Below are positions 1 to 8,584 of a DNA stretch of 64,000 bases, piece after piece (within the stretch, counting starts at the first letter, position 1; each line of letters opens with the position of its first letter). The notes below the pieces were generated by a model, which was given only the letters and a program-made list of their open reading frames with translations, did no database searches and was not told the DNA's origin. This stretch comes from Gemmatimonadota bacterium (GTDB lineage: Bacteria; Gemmatimonadota; Gemmatimonadetes; Gemmatimonadales; GWC2-71-9). The translations under genes and the position numbers were made by a program. The stretch spans positions 2,615 through 66,614 of the forward strand of contig QHUS01000045.1 of NCBI GenBank assembly GCA_003222035.1, read 5' to 3'.

Positions 1-7
1 CACCCGC

Positions 8-1141
8 GTGGAATACGATCCGGCGAAAGTCGAGGGCGCATACCGCGCGGCGCTCGAGCAGAACCCGGAAGACGGGGTGGCGCTCAACAACCTGGCGTTA
101 CTGTTCAACGAGCGAAGGCGATTCGCGGAGGCCGAATCGCTTGCGGTGCACGGGATCACCGTCGCCCCGAACCAGTGGGCGCTGTACGTCAACGCCATGC
201 AGGCGCAGGTCGGGCAGGGCAAGTTCGCCGACGCGAGTCGGACGGCAGCGTTGTTCGAGCAGCGGGCGCCGGCCAACCCCATGAAGCATTTCATCCGGAT
301 CGGCCTGGAGGCGGCGCAGCGCAAGTACGAACAGGCCGAGACCGAGACCCAGGCGGCCGCGCAGACGATCCAGGATCTCACGTGGCAAGCCGCCGGGGCG
401 AGCGAGCTCGCCTCGCTCTACCTGGTGCAGGGGAAGCTCGCAGCGGCCGAAGCTCAGTTCCGCCGCTCGATGGCCCTCAACGAGCAGCGCGGCGTGCCGG
501 GGAATTATTTCGAGAACGCGTTCAGCCTCGCCGTTATCGATGTGTTCTTCCGGAACGCACCCGAGGCCGCGCGCCGCGAGGTCGAGGCGGCGCTGCGCCG
601 CTATCCCTTCGCCACCATGCCCGCCGCGGACCGGCCGTACTCCGGACTCGCGTTTCTGTACGGGCACATGGGCCAGCCTGACCGCGCCAAGCAGGTCATG
701 GCCGAGTACGAGGCAGCGGTCCCCGAAGCGATCCGGCGCAGGCAGCCGTTCCGCCACGGCGCCGCGGCCGCGATCGCGCTCGCGGAGGGGCGCGTCCAGG
801 ACGGCATCAAGGGATATCGGGCATGGTACGACGAGGATAACTGCTCCGTATGCGGGCTGTACCTGGTGGCCCGCGCCTACGAGCGTGCCGGTGAGCGCGA
901 CTCGGCGCTCGCTGTGTACGAGCGCGCCGTGACGACGCCAGGATACAGCCGTTCGTTCGAGGAAGCAGCCACGCTGGGGCCGACGTACAAGCGCCTGGGC
1001 GAGCTCTATGAGGAGCGCGGCGATACCGCGAAAGCTCGCGATTACTACGGACGCTTCGTGGACCTGTGGAAGAACGCGGATGCCGAGCTGCAGCCGCAGG
1101 TCCGGGAAGTGCGCCAACGCCTCGCCAAGCTCACCGCGTAG
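8..1141 (+). CDS. TPR-repeat protein, probably 5'-truncated at the window edge
   Basis: 377-aa ORF. The frame stays open back to base 2. Repeated helical A/L/Y-rich motifs typical of TPR (ALNNLALLFNERRRFAEAE, ARAYERAGERDSALAVYERAV, LGELYEERGDTAKARDYYGRF). Confidence 0.7.
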   Translation: MEYDPAKVEGAYRAALEQNPEDGVALNNLALLFNERRRFAEAESLAVHGITVAPNQWALYVNAMQAQVGQGKFADASRTAALFEQRAPANPMKHFIRIGLEAAQRKYEQAETETQAAAQTIQDLTWQAAGASELASLYLVQGKLAAAEAQFRRSMALNEQRGVPGNYFENAFSLAVIDVFFRNAPEAARREVEAALRRYPFATMPAADRPYSGLAFLYGHMGQPDRAKQVMAEYEAAVPEAIRRRQPFRHGAAAAIALAEGRVQDGIKGYRAWYDEDNCSVCGLYLVARAYERAGERDSALAVYERAVTTPGYSRSFEEAATLGPTYKRLGELYEERGDTAKARDYYGRFVDLWKNADAELQPQVREVRQRLAKLTA

Positions 1142-1157
1142 CACTCTCCCCGGCGTC

Positions 1158-1610
1158 TCACCCCCTGCCCAGCGTCGCCGCGAACAGTGCGATCAGTCCG
1201 AACGTCCCCGCCACCGTCGCCGCAATGATCTGACGTTTGCGGAGCCTGTGGAATGCCTCGGGGAGCTGCCCGCCCTGCGGCTCGAGCCGCGCCAGCTTGG
1301 CCGCTGTCGGCACGCTGATCGCGACGACCCCGAGCGCTCCCAAGATGCCAGCGACCATCATAAGGCTGACCCAGCCGGGCATGGCGCCCGAGCGCATGTA
1401 GGGTTGGCCGAGGATGATGCCCGACAGGACCACGGCGATTGCGCCCGGTCCGACGAGTACACGCTGAATCACGCCGATGAGACGATAGGCCGAGAGCCGC
1501 TCGGTCGTCCCGAGCCGCTTGGCCGTCACACCGGCCACCATCGTGGCGATTCCGCCGCCGAGCCAGAGCGTAAACCCCAGGACGTGCACCAGCAGCCAGA
1601 ACCCCCTCAT
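1158..1610 (-). CDS. small 4-TM integral membrane protein (DUF2269-like)
   Basis: 150-aa ORF with four hydrophobic segments (FWLLVHVLGFTLWLGGGIATMV etc.). Overlaps the next gene by 4 nt. Confidence 0.55.
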   Translation of the reverse strand: MRGFWLLVHVLGFTLWLGGGIATMVAGVTAKRLGTTERLSAYRLIGVIQRVLVGPGAIAVVLSGIILGQPYMRSGAMPGWVSLMMVAGILGALGVVAISVPTAAKLARLEPQGGQLPEAFHRLRKRQIIAATVAGTFGLIALFAATLGRG

Positions 1611-2023
1611 CCTCTGCCTCCCACGGTCACCGGTATCGGTTGCCGGCCCCCGTACCCGGTTTCGAGTTCATGCCAGTGCTCGATCTTTTCCTCCCCGATC
1701 TTCCAGCACCAAAACATCTCCCGGCCATCGAGCTTGCCGTAGAAATCGACGAGCCCCGGCTCGAATCCTTTGAACACGCACCCGATCTGGTCCAGCTCGA
1801 GCAGGAAGTCGTTGATCTGCTTCGCCACCTCGTCGATGCGGGCGCGGAGCGCGAGCTGCTCAGTGGATTCGCCCCATTCGGGACGCGACTGGGTGGCGAC
1901 GACTTCATACTGCGCGACGAGATCGCGCCACTGGGGGTGAAGCGCGATCAAGTCGGCGACGATACGCTTCACGAGGGGCAGCGTACGGTTGGCTTCTGCC
2001 AGAGTGAAATATTTACGGGGCAC
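1607..2023 (-). CDS. DUF2203-like protein
   Basis: 138-aa ORF. N-terminus MPRKYFTLAEANRTLPLVKRIV matches the characteristic DUF2203 start as I recall it. Confidence 0.55.
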   Translation of the reverse strand: MPRKYFTLAEANRTLPLVKRIVADLIALHPQWRDLVAQYEVVATQSRPEWGESTEQLALRARIDEVAKQINDFLLELDQIGCVFKGFEPGLVDFYGKLDGREMFWCWKIGEEKIEHWHELETGYGGRQPIPVTVGGRG

Positions 2024-2044
2024 AGAAGTAAGTAGTTGCCGTTT

Positions 2045-2467
2045 CTATTCTCGAACGATCACGATTCCCTGTATGAACTCGGGATGTGGAATAAACCCCA
2101 CGACCCTCTGATTCCCGTCTACCACGACGATCGTCGATCTGATGTGCGTATCCTTGTCGTCCAGCCTCTCGATCCTGTATCCCTCCAATTCCGTATCGAG
2201 CGTCACCACGACCGTATCCTGGCGCGCGTGCGTCTGTACCTTGCACGTCATGGGATCGTGACCCGCGGCCACGCACGCCGTCACGATATCGCGGTCCGAG
2301 ATCGTGCCCATGTAACGCCGGTCCTTGGGATTGTCCACGACCGGCACGACCGAGATGTCCTTCGCGCGCATCAGCAACGCCAGCTCGGCGCTGGTGGCAC
2401 CGGCGGCGGCGACAAACGGCTCGGGGATCATGATCTCACGGGCGAGCAATGGCACCCCTGTTATCAA
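2045..2467 (-). CDS. CBS-domain pair protein
   Basis: 140-aa ORF with two CBS-like units (ISVVPVVD..., GTISDRDIV, TIVVVDGNQRVVGFI). Confidence 0.75.
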   Translation of the reverse strand: MITGVPLLAREIMIPEPFVAAAGATSAELALLMRAKDISVVPVVDNPKDRRYMGTISDRDIVTACVAAGHDPMTCKVQTHARQDTVVVTLDTELEGYRIERLDDKDTHIRSTIVVVDGNQRVVGFIPHPEFIQGIVIVRE

Positions 2468-2505
2468 GTGAGCTTCGCGTGGTTACGCGAGCGAACTCGC
2501 GGCTC

Positions 2506-3342
2506 TTAGCCGCGCCCTAATGTATGAGCCAATGCCTTTTTCGCTTCGCGATACCCTGCCTCGAAGTACCGTTGCCCCTGCCCCACGGCAAACGTCGCCT
2601 CCCGCTCCGCCACCGCCCGAACGAACACGAGCCGCGGCGCGTCCTCGGGCCATTCGGCGACCGCGCGCTCGGTTTGCGCCGCCATCATGATCCGGATCGC
2701 CTCGCCGTGCGCCCGCACGAGCGGCGGAATCGCCGCCTTCTTGTCGACGGGCGGCTCATCGAACCCCGGCCCGACGTGCACCGCCACCACGAGATCGACG
2801 GGGGGAGGGGGGGGAACTCGCCGCGCCACCTCGAGCGCGACCACCGCGCGCAAGCCGCCCTCACCCACCCGCCGTCCATCGATCACCTGAGGCGGCAGGT
2901 ACAACGGGAGCGCGCAGGAAGCGTACAGCGCATCGATGAGCGGCCCATCCTGCCCCAGCGCGCCGAACAGCACCAGCTCACCCGACTCCATGTCGGTCGT
3001 CGTGATGGTGAGTGGGATCTTCATGTCGGCGAAGCGCGTGACGGGAACGAGCCGCGCGATCGTGCGCTTCAGGGGCTCGGGCTTCAAGATGTTGCCGGCG
3101 AACACGCCCTTCGCGAGCGACCATGCGTCGAGCGCCGCGAAATCCTTCTTCCCGAGCGACAGCGCGATCTCGAGGATCCGCTCGGGACTCGACCCGGCCG
3201 CGAGCGCGGCGCCGATCACCGCGCCCATGGACGTCCCGATGATGTGGGAGGGCCCGATATTCGCTTCGCGGAGCGCCTTCCACGCACCCGCATGAGCCAG
3301 CGATTTTGCCCCGCCGCCGCCGAGCACCAGCACCACCCGCAC
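2506..3342 (-). CDS. patatin-like phospholipase
   Basis: N-terminal glycine-rich oxyanion motif VLGGGGAKSLAHAG and nucleophile elbow GTSMG (GxSxG). 278 aa. Confidence 0.85.
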   Translation of the reverse strand: MRVVLVLGGGGAKSLAHAGAWKALREANIGPSHIIGTSMGAVIGAALAAGSSPERILEIALSLGKKDFAALDAWSLAKGVFAGNILKPEPLKRTIARLVPVTRFADMKIPLTITTTDMESGELVLFGALGQDGPLIDALYASCALPLYLPPQVIDGRRVGEGGLRAVVALEVARRVPPPPPVDLVVAVHVGPGFDEPPVDKKAAIPPLVRAHGEAIRIMMAAQTERAVAEWPEDAPRLVFVRAVAEREATFAVGQGQRYFEAGYREAKKALAHTLGRG

Positions 3343-3360
3343 CGCCCCGCCCCTCCCTAA

Positions 3361-3460
3361 CGCGGAACGCGGAAGGCGGAACGCGGAACATCCGGGTGGG
3401 CCTCGTGGGGCGCCACGACCTCACACGTCTGTTCCGCGTTCCGCGTTCCGACTTCCCCGT
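3361..3460. repeat. palindromic heptamer-array element (GCGGAAC arrays inverted to GTTCCGC arrays)
   Basis: Left arm cgcggaacgcggaaggcggaacgcggaac (3361-3389). Right arm gttccgcgttccgcgttccgacttcccc (3431-3458). Loop of about 41 nt. Fills the spacer between the thioesterase stop (3461) and the patatin start (3342). Confidence 0.85.
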
Positions 3461-3946
3461 TCACTCACCTGCCCCCGTCGCATATCTCCTATCCATCACT
3501 CGGCTCGCCCGCCGCTTCGCCGCCCGGTCATACCGTCGCTTCTCATCCGGCGTCTCCGGCACGATCGGTGGCACCGGGGTCGGCAGGCCCTCATCGTCGA
3601 GGGCCACGTACGTCACGTAACACGAGTTGGTGTGCCGCTTCTCACCCGACAGCACGTTCTCGGCGATGATCTTGACCCCTACCTCCATCGAGGTGCGGCC
3701 CGCGAAGTTGACGCGCGCGTACGCCGTCACCAGCTCACCCACGTGGATCGGTTCCCGGAAGTCCACCTTGTCCACCGACACCGTGACGCACGGCTTCGAG
3801 GCATGGCGGATCGCGGCCACCGCGGCCACCCGGTCCACCAGCCCCAAGATGACGCCGCCGAACACGTTGCCCAGGATGTTCGCGTGCTGCGGCATCATCA
3901 GCTCCGACATGATCGTTTCCGAGTCGCGCGGATGCTTGGGCTGCAT
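3461..3946 (-). CDS. acyl-CoA thioesterase (hotdog fold, YciA/Acot-like)
   Basis: Internal ATG at 3946 overlaps the nadE stop (TGATG). Motifs MMPQHANILGNVFGGVILGLVD and TSMEVGVKI are typical of hotdog acyl-CoA thioesterases. The upstream 123 codons of the track ORF are R/G-rich and overlap nadE. Confidence 0.85.
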   Translation of the reverse strand: MQPKHPRDSETIMSELMMPQHANILGNVFGGVILGLVDRVAAVAAIRHASKPCVTVSVDKVDFREPIHVGELVTAYARVNFAGRTSMEVGVKIIAENVLSGEKRHTNSCYVTYVALDDEGLPTPVPPIVPETPDEKRRYDRAAKRRASRVMDRRYATGAGE

Positions 3947-5787
3947 CAGTAGTCCACCGGTCTCAGGTAGAATTCGCCGATCGCCGTCTGCGACATCATG
4001 GCCACCGTCGGCAGCCGGCGCTTCCAGTGGGTCGACTCGAGCCGCCCCGCTACCTTCGCCACCTCCTCCGGCGTGAAGCCACGCGCCACCACCTCGGCGG
4101 GCTTCATGCCGCGGAGCAGATAGTACAGGATGCGGTCGACCTTGTCGTAGCTGATCCCGTAGTCGCCCTCCGTGGTCTGACCGGGGACCAAGTCTGGGGT
4201 GGGCGGCTTGCGAAGGATCACGTCGGGCACGCCCACGTGGCGCGCCAGGGCGCGCACCTGCGTCTTGAACAGATCGCCCAACGGATTCACCGGAGGCGTA
4301 TCGTCGGCGTGCCACGTGAAGTAGCCGAGCAGCCGTTCCGACTTGTTGCTCGTTCCGATCGGCAGGGCCTTGTGCTTCGCCGAGAGATCGAACAGCACGA
4401 TCATGCGCTCGCGTGCCATCACGTTGCCGCGGCGCGTGGCATCGGCACTCCCGTCTTTCTCCACTTGGGCCAGGTAGCCGTCCACCGCCGCGGTGATATC
4501 GACCGTCAGCGACTGGATGCCGAGCTGGTCGATCACGAGCTGCGCGTGCTCCAGACTCTCGGGGGACGACGTCTTGTACGGCATGCGCACGCCGATCACG
4601 TTCTCCTTGCCAAGTGCTTCGACGGCGAGGTACGCGGTGAGCGACGAATCTATGCCGCCCGAGATCGCCACGATGCCCTTCGTGAAGCCGCGGCGCCGGA
4701 CGACCTCGTCCTTCAGAAACGAGACGAGCCAGCGGCGCGCGAGATCGGTGTCGATGGCGAGCGGGTCTCCTTCCTCAACGCCGCGCCCCACGACATGAAT
4801 TGCGGATTGCGGATTGCGGATTGCGGATTGTCCCGACGCGCCGTTCGTCGCAGGGTCGAACTCGACGGGTCGCGCCTTCCGTTTCCCTCTTCCCGTTTCC
4901 CCTTTCCCGAGGTTCTTGATAAGATGCGGCAGATTGACCTCCAGATCTCCCAGCAGCGGCGCCTCCGCCCTTGCCCGCGTGATCTCGCCGAAGTCCACGT
5001 CGTACGTGAGCACCGCCTCCTCGAACAGCGGCCCGCGCAGCACGATCTCCCCCCCCGGGCTCACCACCACGGAGCCGCCGGGAAAGCCCTTCCCGCCCTC
5101 GAACCCCACCAGACTCGAGAACACGACCCAGACGCCGTGCTCGTCCGCGATGCCGCGCAGGATGCGCTCCCACCGCACCACACTCGCGGGGAGCCGCACC
5201 CCCTCCTCGTCCATCCCCGTCCCCCGGGCCGGCGACGCACTCGGCACGATCACGAGTTGCGCGCCCTCGAGCGCGGCGATCGTGCCCGAGAGCGAGTGCC
5301 ACGCGTCCTCGCAGATCAGGATCGCCGCCCGGCCCCACCGCGTATCGAAGGCCCGTAACTCCCGGCCGCGCTCCACGAACCGCTCCTCGTCGAACACGCC
5401 GTAGGTGGGGAGGAACATCTTGCGATGGACGTGCGTGACGCCGGGTGGGGCGTTGCCGGATGAGGCGTTGCCGAGAGAGGCGAAGAGACACGAGTTGTAG
5501 AAATGGTTCTGGAACACTTCATAGAACCCGACCGCGACGTCCAGCGGCGGGGCCTTCGCGGCCTCGTGCTCGACTTGCAAGTCGCGGAACAGGGTTCCCG
5601 CCGTGACCGCTACGTCCCGCACGCCCCCTTCGACGAAATAGCCGGAGGTAGACGTCTCGGGGAAGATCACGAGATCGGGGGCCGGCTCGAGCTTCGCGAC
5701 CTGTGCCAGCACGCCGCCGATCTTTTGGAGATTGGCGGCATAATCGCCCTTCTTGGGGCGAAGCTGTGCAATCGCGATGCGGGGCAT
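3946..5787 (-). CDS. nadE: glutamine-dependent NAD+ synthetase
   Basis: Start MPRIAIAQLRPKKGD at 5787. N-terminal carbon-nitrogen hydrolase domain (FPETSTSGY, ICEDAWH) and C-terminal NAD synthetase with the PP-loop ISGGIDSSL. The 934-aa track ORF is an artefactual N-terminal extension. Confidence 0.9.
   Translation of the reverse strand: MPRIAIAQLRPKKGDYAANLQKIGGVLAQVAKLEPAPDLVIFPETSTSGYFVEGGVRDVAVTAGTLFRDLQVEHEAAKAPPLDVAVGFYEVFQNHFYNSCLFASLGNASSGNAPPGVTHVHRKMFLPTYGVFDEERFVERGRELRAFDTRWGRAAILICEDAWHSLSGTIAALEGAQLVIVPSASPARGTGMDEEGVRLPASVVRWERILRGIADEHGVWVVFSSLVGFEGGKGFPGGSVVVSPGGEIVLRGPLFEEAVLTYDVDFGEITRARAEAPLLGDLEVNLPHLIKNLGKGETGRGKRKARPVEFDPATNGASGQSAIRNPQSAIHVVGRGVEEGDPLAIDTDLARRWLVSFLKDEVVRRRGFTKGIVAISGGIDSSLTAYLAVEALGKENVIGVRMPYKTSSPESLEHAQLVIDQLGIQSLTVDITAAVDGYLAQVEKDGSADATRRGNVMARERMIVLFDLSAKHKALPIGTSNKSERLLGYFTWHADDTPPVNPLGDLFKTQVRALARHVGVPDVILRKPPTPDLVPGQTTEGDYGISYDKVDRILYYLLRGMKPAEVVARGFTPEEVAKVAGRLESTHWKRRLPTVAMMSQTAIGEFYLRPVDY
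4799..4830. repeat. heptamer tandem array (ATTGCGG) x4.5 inside nadE
   Basis: attgcggattgcggattgcggattgcggattg. Read in the nadE sense it encodes SAIRNPQSAI in the inter-domain linker. Confidence 0.9.
4876..4910. repeat. degenerate heptamer array (TTCCCNN) x5 inside nadE
   Basis: cttccgt ttccctc ttcccgt ttcccct ttcccga, with 7-nt periodicity. Encodes GKGETGRGKRK in the nadE linker. Confidence 0.7.
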
Positions 5788-5805
5788 GCGAAGAAGATAC
5801 TGCGA

Positions 5806-5851
5806 CGGTAGAGGCCGGTAGAGGTCGGCTCCGTCCTCTACACCTCTACCG
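5806..5851. repeat. palindromic tandem-repeat hairpin at the permease stop codon (candidate terminator)
   Basis: cggtagagg ccggtagagg tcggctccgt cctctaca cctctaccg: two direct GGTAGAGG units facing two CCTCTAC units. The right arm includes the TAG stop (5838-5840) of the APC permease. Confidence 0.7.
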
Positions 5852-7127
5852 TCCAGCTCAACCCGTACGCCGCCACCAGCACCGCGAGCGCGACTCCAAC
5901 GACCCCCGGCTGCGCGACCACCGTTCCCACGAACAACGCCGCGTACACGCCGACGAACACCAGCGGGATCACCGGAAAAAACGGCACTAGGAAGGGGGCT
6001 CCCCGCTCGCGGGCCCGGAGCCGGAACAGGGACAGCACCGCCAGACTGTCGATTACCAGGATTACGGTGATGGCAAAGCCGAGTAGCGCCTCGAACGTGC
6101 CCGAGGCGGCGAGGGCGATCGTGACGACGCCCACGAGCAGCATGGCGACCCACGGCGTGCCGCCACGGTTGACGAGCGCCAGCGCGCGCGGTCCCAGCCC
6201 GTCTCGCGCCAGCCCGAAGATCACGCGTGCCGTCACGAAGATGTTGCCGTTGAGCGAGGCGAGTACGACCAGCACGGCGAGCGCGGCGACGACCGTCCCG
6301 CCGCGCGCGCCGGTCAGCGTCGCGGCGACGTCGCCCGGCGCCAGGTTCGACGCGGCGAGCTGATCGATCGTGAGCACCTGGAAGAATGCGGCGTTGAGGA
6401 GCAGATACAACGCCGCCGCCGCGCCGATCCCGCCCAACAAGACGCGCGGCAGCGTACGATCGGGATCGACGACTTCCTCGGCGATCTTCACCACGTCGAG
6501 ATAGCCGTAATACGTCCAGATCACGGCCTGAAACGCCACGGTGAGAGCGACGAGCACGGCGCCGCCGGTCGGCGCGGTGGAGAGTGTCGAGTGCCACCCC
6601 ACGCCGCTTCCGGCGGCGAACCCGAGCACGACGACCCCCGCCAGGGCGACCACCTTCGCGGCCGTCGCGAGGTTCTGTGCCCAGCGCCCCGATGCCACGC
6701 CGGCCAGGTTGATTGCCGTGAACAACGCGGCCATTCCGGCGCCGAGCCAATGCGTGTGACCGACCCCCAGTCCCGCGAGCCGGCCCGTGTATTCGCCGGC
6801 GACCACGGCGATCGCCGCGATCGCGACAGGGTAGACCGCCGCTCCCTCGACCCAGCCCACCACGAAGCCGGCGCGCGGCCCGAACGCCTCACGTACGTAC
6901 ACATACTTGCCGCCGGCCCGCGGATACCGAGTAGTGAGCTCGGCGAAGCACAAGGCGCCGAGCAGCGCGAGCACGCCGCCCAGGATCCAGGCGATGAACG
7001 TGAGCCAGGGACGGCCAAGCTGCGCGGCGACCAGCCCGGGCGTGCGGAAGATCCCCGAGCCCACCATCATGCCGACGACCATTGCGAGGCCGTCCACCAG
7101 GCGGAGCGATTTCCTGAGCTCGGTCAT
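5838..7127 (-). CDS. APC-family amino acid permease
   Basis: Start MTELRKSL at 7127. Signature MVVGMMVGSGIFRTPG, FAELTTRYPRAGGKYVYVREAFG, about 12 hydrophobic segments. Confidence 0.85.
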   Translation of the reverse strand: MTELRKSLRLVDGLAMVVGMMVGSGIFRTPGLVAAQLGRPWLTFIAWILGGVLALLGALCFAELTTRYPRAGGKYVYVREAFGPRAGFVVGWVEGAAVYPVAIAAIAVVAGEYTGRLAGLGVGHTHWLGAGMAALFTAINLAGVASGRWAQNLATAAKVVALAGVVVLGFAAGSGVGWHSTLSTAPTGGAVLVALTVAFQAVIWTYYGYLDVVKIAEEVVDPDRTLPRVLLGGIGAAAALYLLLNAAFFQVLTIDQLAASNLAPGDVAATLTGARGGTVVAALAVLVVLASLNGNIFVTARVIFGLARDGLGPRALALVNRGGTPWVAMLLVGVVTIALAASGTFEALLGFAITVILVIDSLAVLSLFRLRARERGAPFLVPFFPVIPLVFVGVYAALFVGTVVAQPGVVGVALAVLVAAYGLSWTVEV

Positions 7128-7204
7128 GAGGGCCGAGAATCTGCACCGAAAAACAAAGGGGCGCAGCCTGCTGCGCCCCTCTGCCACAAAGCCCGTGCTG
7201 GAAC

Positions 7205-8476
7205 CTACGGCCTGCGCCGTCCTCCTCCACCGCCACCACCCCCACCCCCACCAGAGTGCCCTCCTCCACCACCACTCCGATTCGACGGAGCTGCGCGGGC
7301 GCCGCGGTCACCACCGCCACTCGACCCGCGCGGCGCGCTCCACCCACTGCCGCCACCGCCGCGTCGCTCGGAAGGTCTGTCAGCGCTACGGTCCCCCGCC
7401 CCCCCTCCCCCGCTTCCGCTCCGGCTCCCGTCCACGCCACCGCTTCCGCCAGCGCTGCGCCGTCCGACCCACGCGTCGCGATCGGCGGACGTGCCGCGGT
7501 CACGCTGCACGGCGTCGCGCACCGGCACGGTCGTCGAGCGCCGCCGAGCGATGAGCGCGCCGTCGGGGACACGAAAGTTCGGGCCTATGCCTCCGGCGGT
7601 CGGGTTCGACCGATCTCTGAAGGTCGTCTGAACGCCTATTCCGGTCCCCGCGTTCGACCGATTCCGGAAGGTCGTCTGAACGGCTATGCCGGTCCCCGTG
7701 CGATTGATGAATGTGTTGCGCGGGCGGTACCCGTACCCGTAACCCCCGCCGTAGTAATTCCCCCGGTACGGATAGCCATAGTACCGGTACGGGTAGGGGT
7801 AGCCGTAGGAGGTGTAGGCGTAGGGCGAGTAGTAAAACGGGCTGTAGCACGAGTAGAAGAACGGATCGCACGCGCTGTAGTAATAGGGGTAACCCCAGCC
7901 GAAACCAACGCCAACGCCGTAGGGGTAAGGGTAGCCCCAACCCCAGCCGACGCCGACGGCGACATGCGTGTGGTACGCGTCATGGGGACGCGACGACACG
8001 ACGTAGGTGACTACGTCGTAGTCGAAGTGGGCGTCGGGCGACATCCGCTGCACCATGTCGAGCAGCGCCGTTTCCTTGTCGTCACCCGATCCCCGCGTGT
8101 CGAGCACGCGGTAGTCCCAATGATCCCCCCGAACGAACTCGTCGAACTGGAACGGCGCGACCGACCGGGCCGCGAGCACCACGCCAGATCCGTCTTTGTC
8201 ATCGATGAAGAACGCTTCGCGGTCGCCGCGACCCCGCACCTCGATGGTCCTGCGGCCGCGCACGAAGTTGTCGTCGGACGGATCGAGCGGGTACAGCACG
8301 CGCACGCGACCCTGCGCGTCCGCGCGGAGCACGAGCAGGTAGCCGTCCTCGGCCAGCTTTACCTCGACGCGGGCCTTGTCGCCTGGCTCGAAGTAATTGT
8401 CGTTGTTGAGCGAGACTTTGACCGGGGGATCATCGGCCCCGGCAAGGGCGAACGAGAGCAGCAGTGGAAGCAACAT
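7205..8476 (-). CDS. secreted DUF4384-domain protein with a Tyr/Gly/Pro/Trp-rich and Gly/Arg-rich low-complexity C-terminal half
   Basis: Signal-like MLLPLLLSFALAGA. N-terminal region (VKVSLNNDNYFEPGDKARVEVKLAEDGYLLVL...) resembles DUF4384. Then GWGWGYPYPYGVGVGFGWGYPYYY..., a 16-aa tandem repeat, and a poly-G/R tail. Confidence 0.7.
   Translation of the reverse strand: MLLPLLLSFALAGADDPPVKVSLNNDNYFEPGDKARVEVKLAEDGYLLVLRADAQGRVRVLYPLDPSDDNFVRGRRTIEVRGRGDREAFFIDDKDGSGVVLAARSVAPFQFDEFVRGDHWDYRVLDTRGSGDDKETALLDMVQRMSPDAHFDYDVVTYVVSSRPHDAYHTHVAVGVGWGWGYPYPYGVGVGFGWGYPYYYSACDPFFYSCYSPFYYSPYAYTSYGYPYPYRYYGYPYRGNYYGGGYGYGYRPRNTFINRTGTGIAVQTTFRNRSNAGTGIGVQTTFRDRSNPTAGGIGPNFRVPDGALIARRRSTTVPVRDAVQRDRGTSADRDAWVGRRSAGGSGGVDGSRSGSGGGGAGDRSADRPSERRGGGGSGWSAPRGSSGGGDRGARAAPSNRSGGGGGHSGGGGGGGGGGGRRRP
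7604..7699. repeat. 48-nt direct tandem repeat x2 within the DUF4384 gene
   Basis: gttcgaccgatctctgaaggtcgtctgaacgcctattccggtccccgc followed by gttcgaccgattccggaaggtcgtctgaacggctatgccggtccccgt. Encodes GTGIAVQTTFRNRSNA / GTGIGVQTTFRDRSNP. Confidence 0.85.
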
Positions 8477-8584
8477 GGGGCCATCCTCTATATACCTAGC
8501 CCCGCCAGTGAATCAAGAACCGTGCCTGTTTCAGCCCGGTAGGGCCTGATCTCCCTTGACCACCCTGGGAGACACGGCTGTCTC

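Noticed and set aside
2800-2814. G/C homopolymer runs inside coding regions (2800-2814 patatin, 45210-45217 DUF72, 52112-52127 and 56044-56051 lhr) as phase-variation switches
   Set aside because: They encode Pro/Gly runs in a GC-rich genome and are 8 nt or shorter. A frameshift would destroy housekeeping genes. Only the non-coding G10 at 23836-23845 was kept as a finding.
4799-4830. Possibility that the 7-9 nt repeat arrays are CRISPR arrays or fragments of them
   Set aside because: The units are only 7-10 nt and directly abutting, with no spacers. The arrays are 20-35 nt long and no cas genes are present. They are simple tandem or palindromic repeats.
5788-6750. N-terminal 320-aa extension of the nadE track ORF (934 aa total)
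   Set aside because: The extension is R/G/A-rich and overlaps the well-supported APC permease gene in another frame. The C-N hydrolase domain begins right at MPRIAIAQL (5787).
7601-7660. gggttcgacc / cgttcgacc strings resembling tRNA T-arm sequences
   Set aside because: They are part of a 48-nt coding tandem repeat in the DUF4384 gene. No acceptor or anticodon stem can be drawn around them. I found no tRNA in the window.
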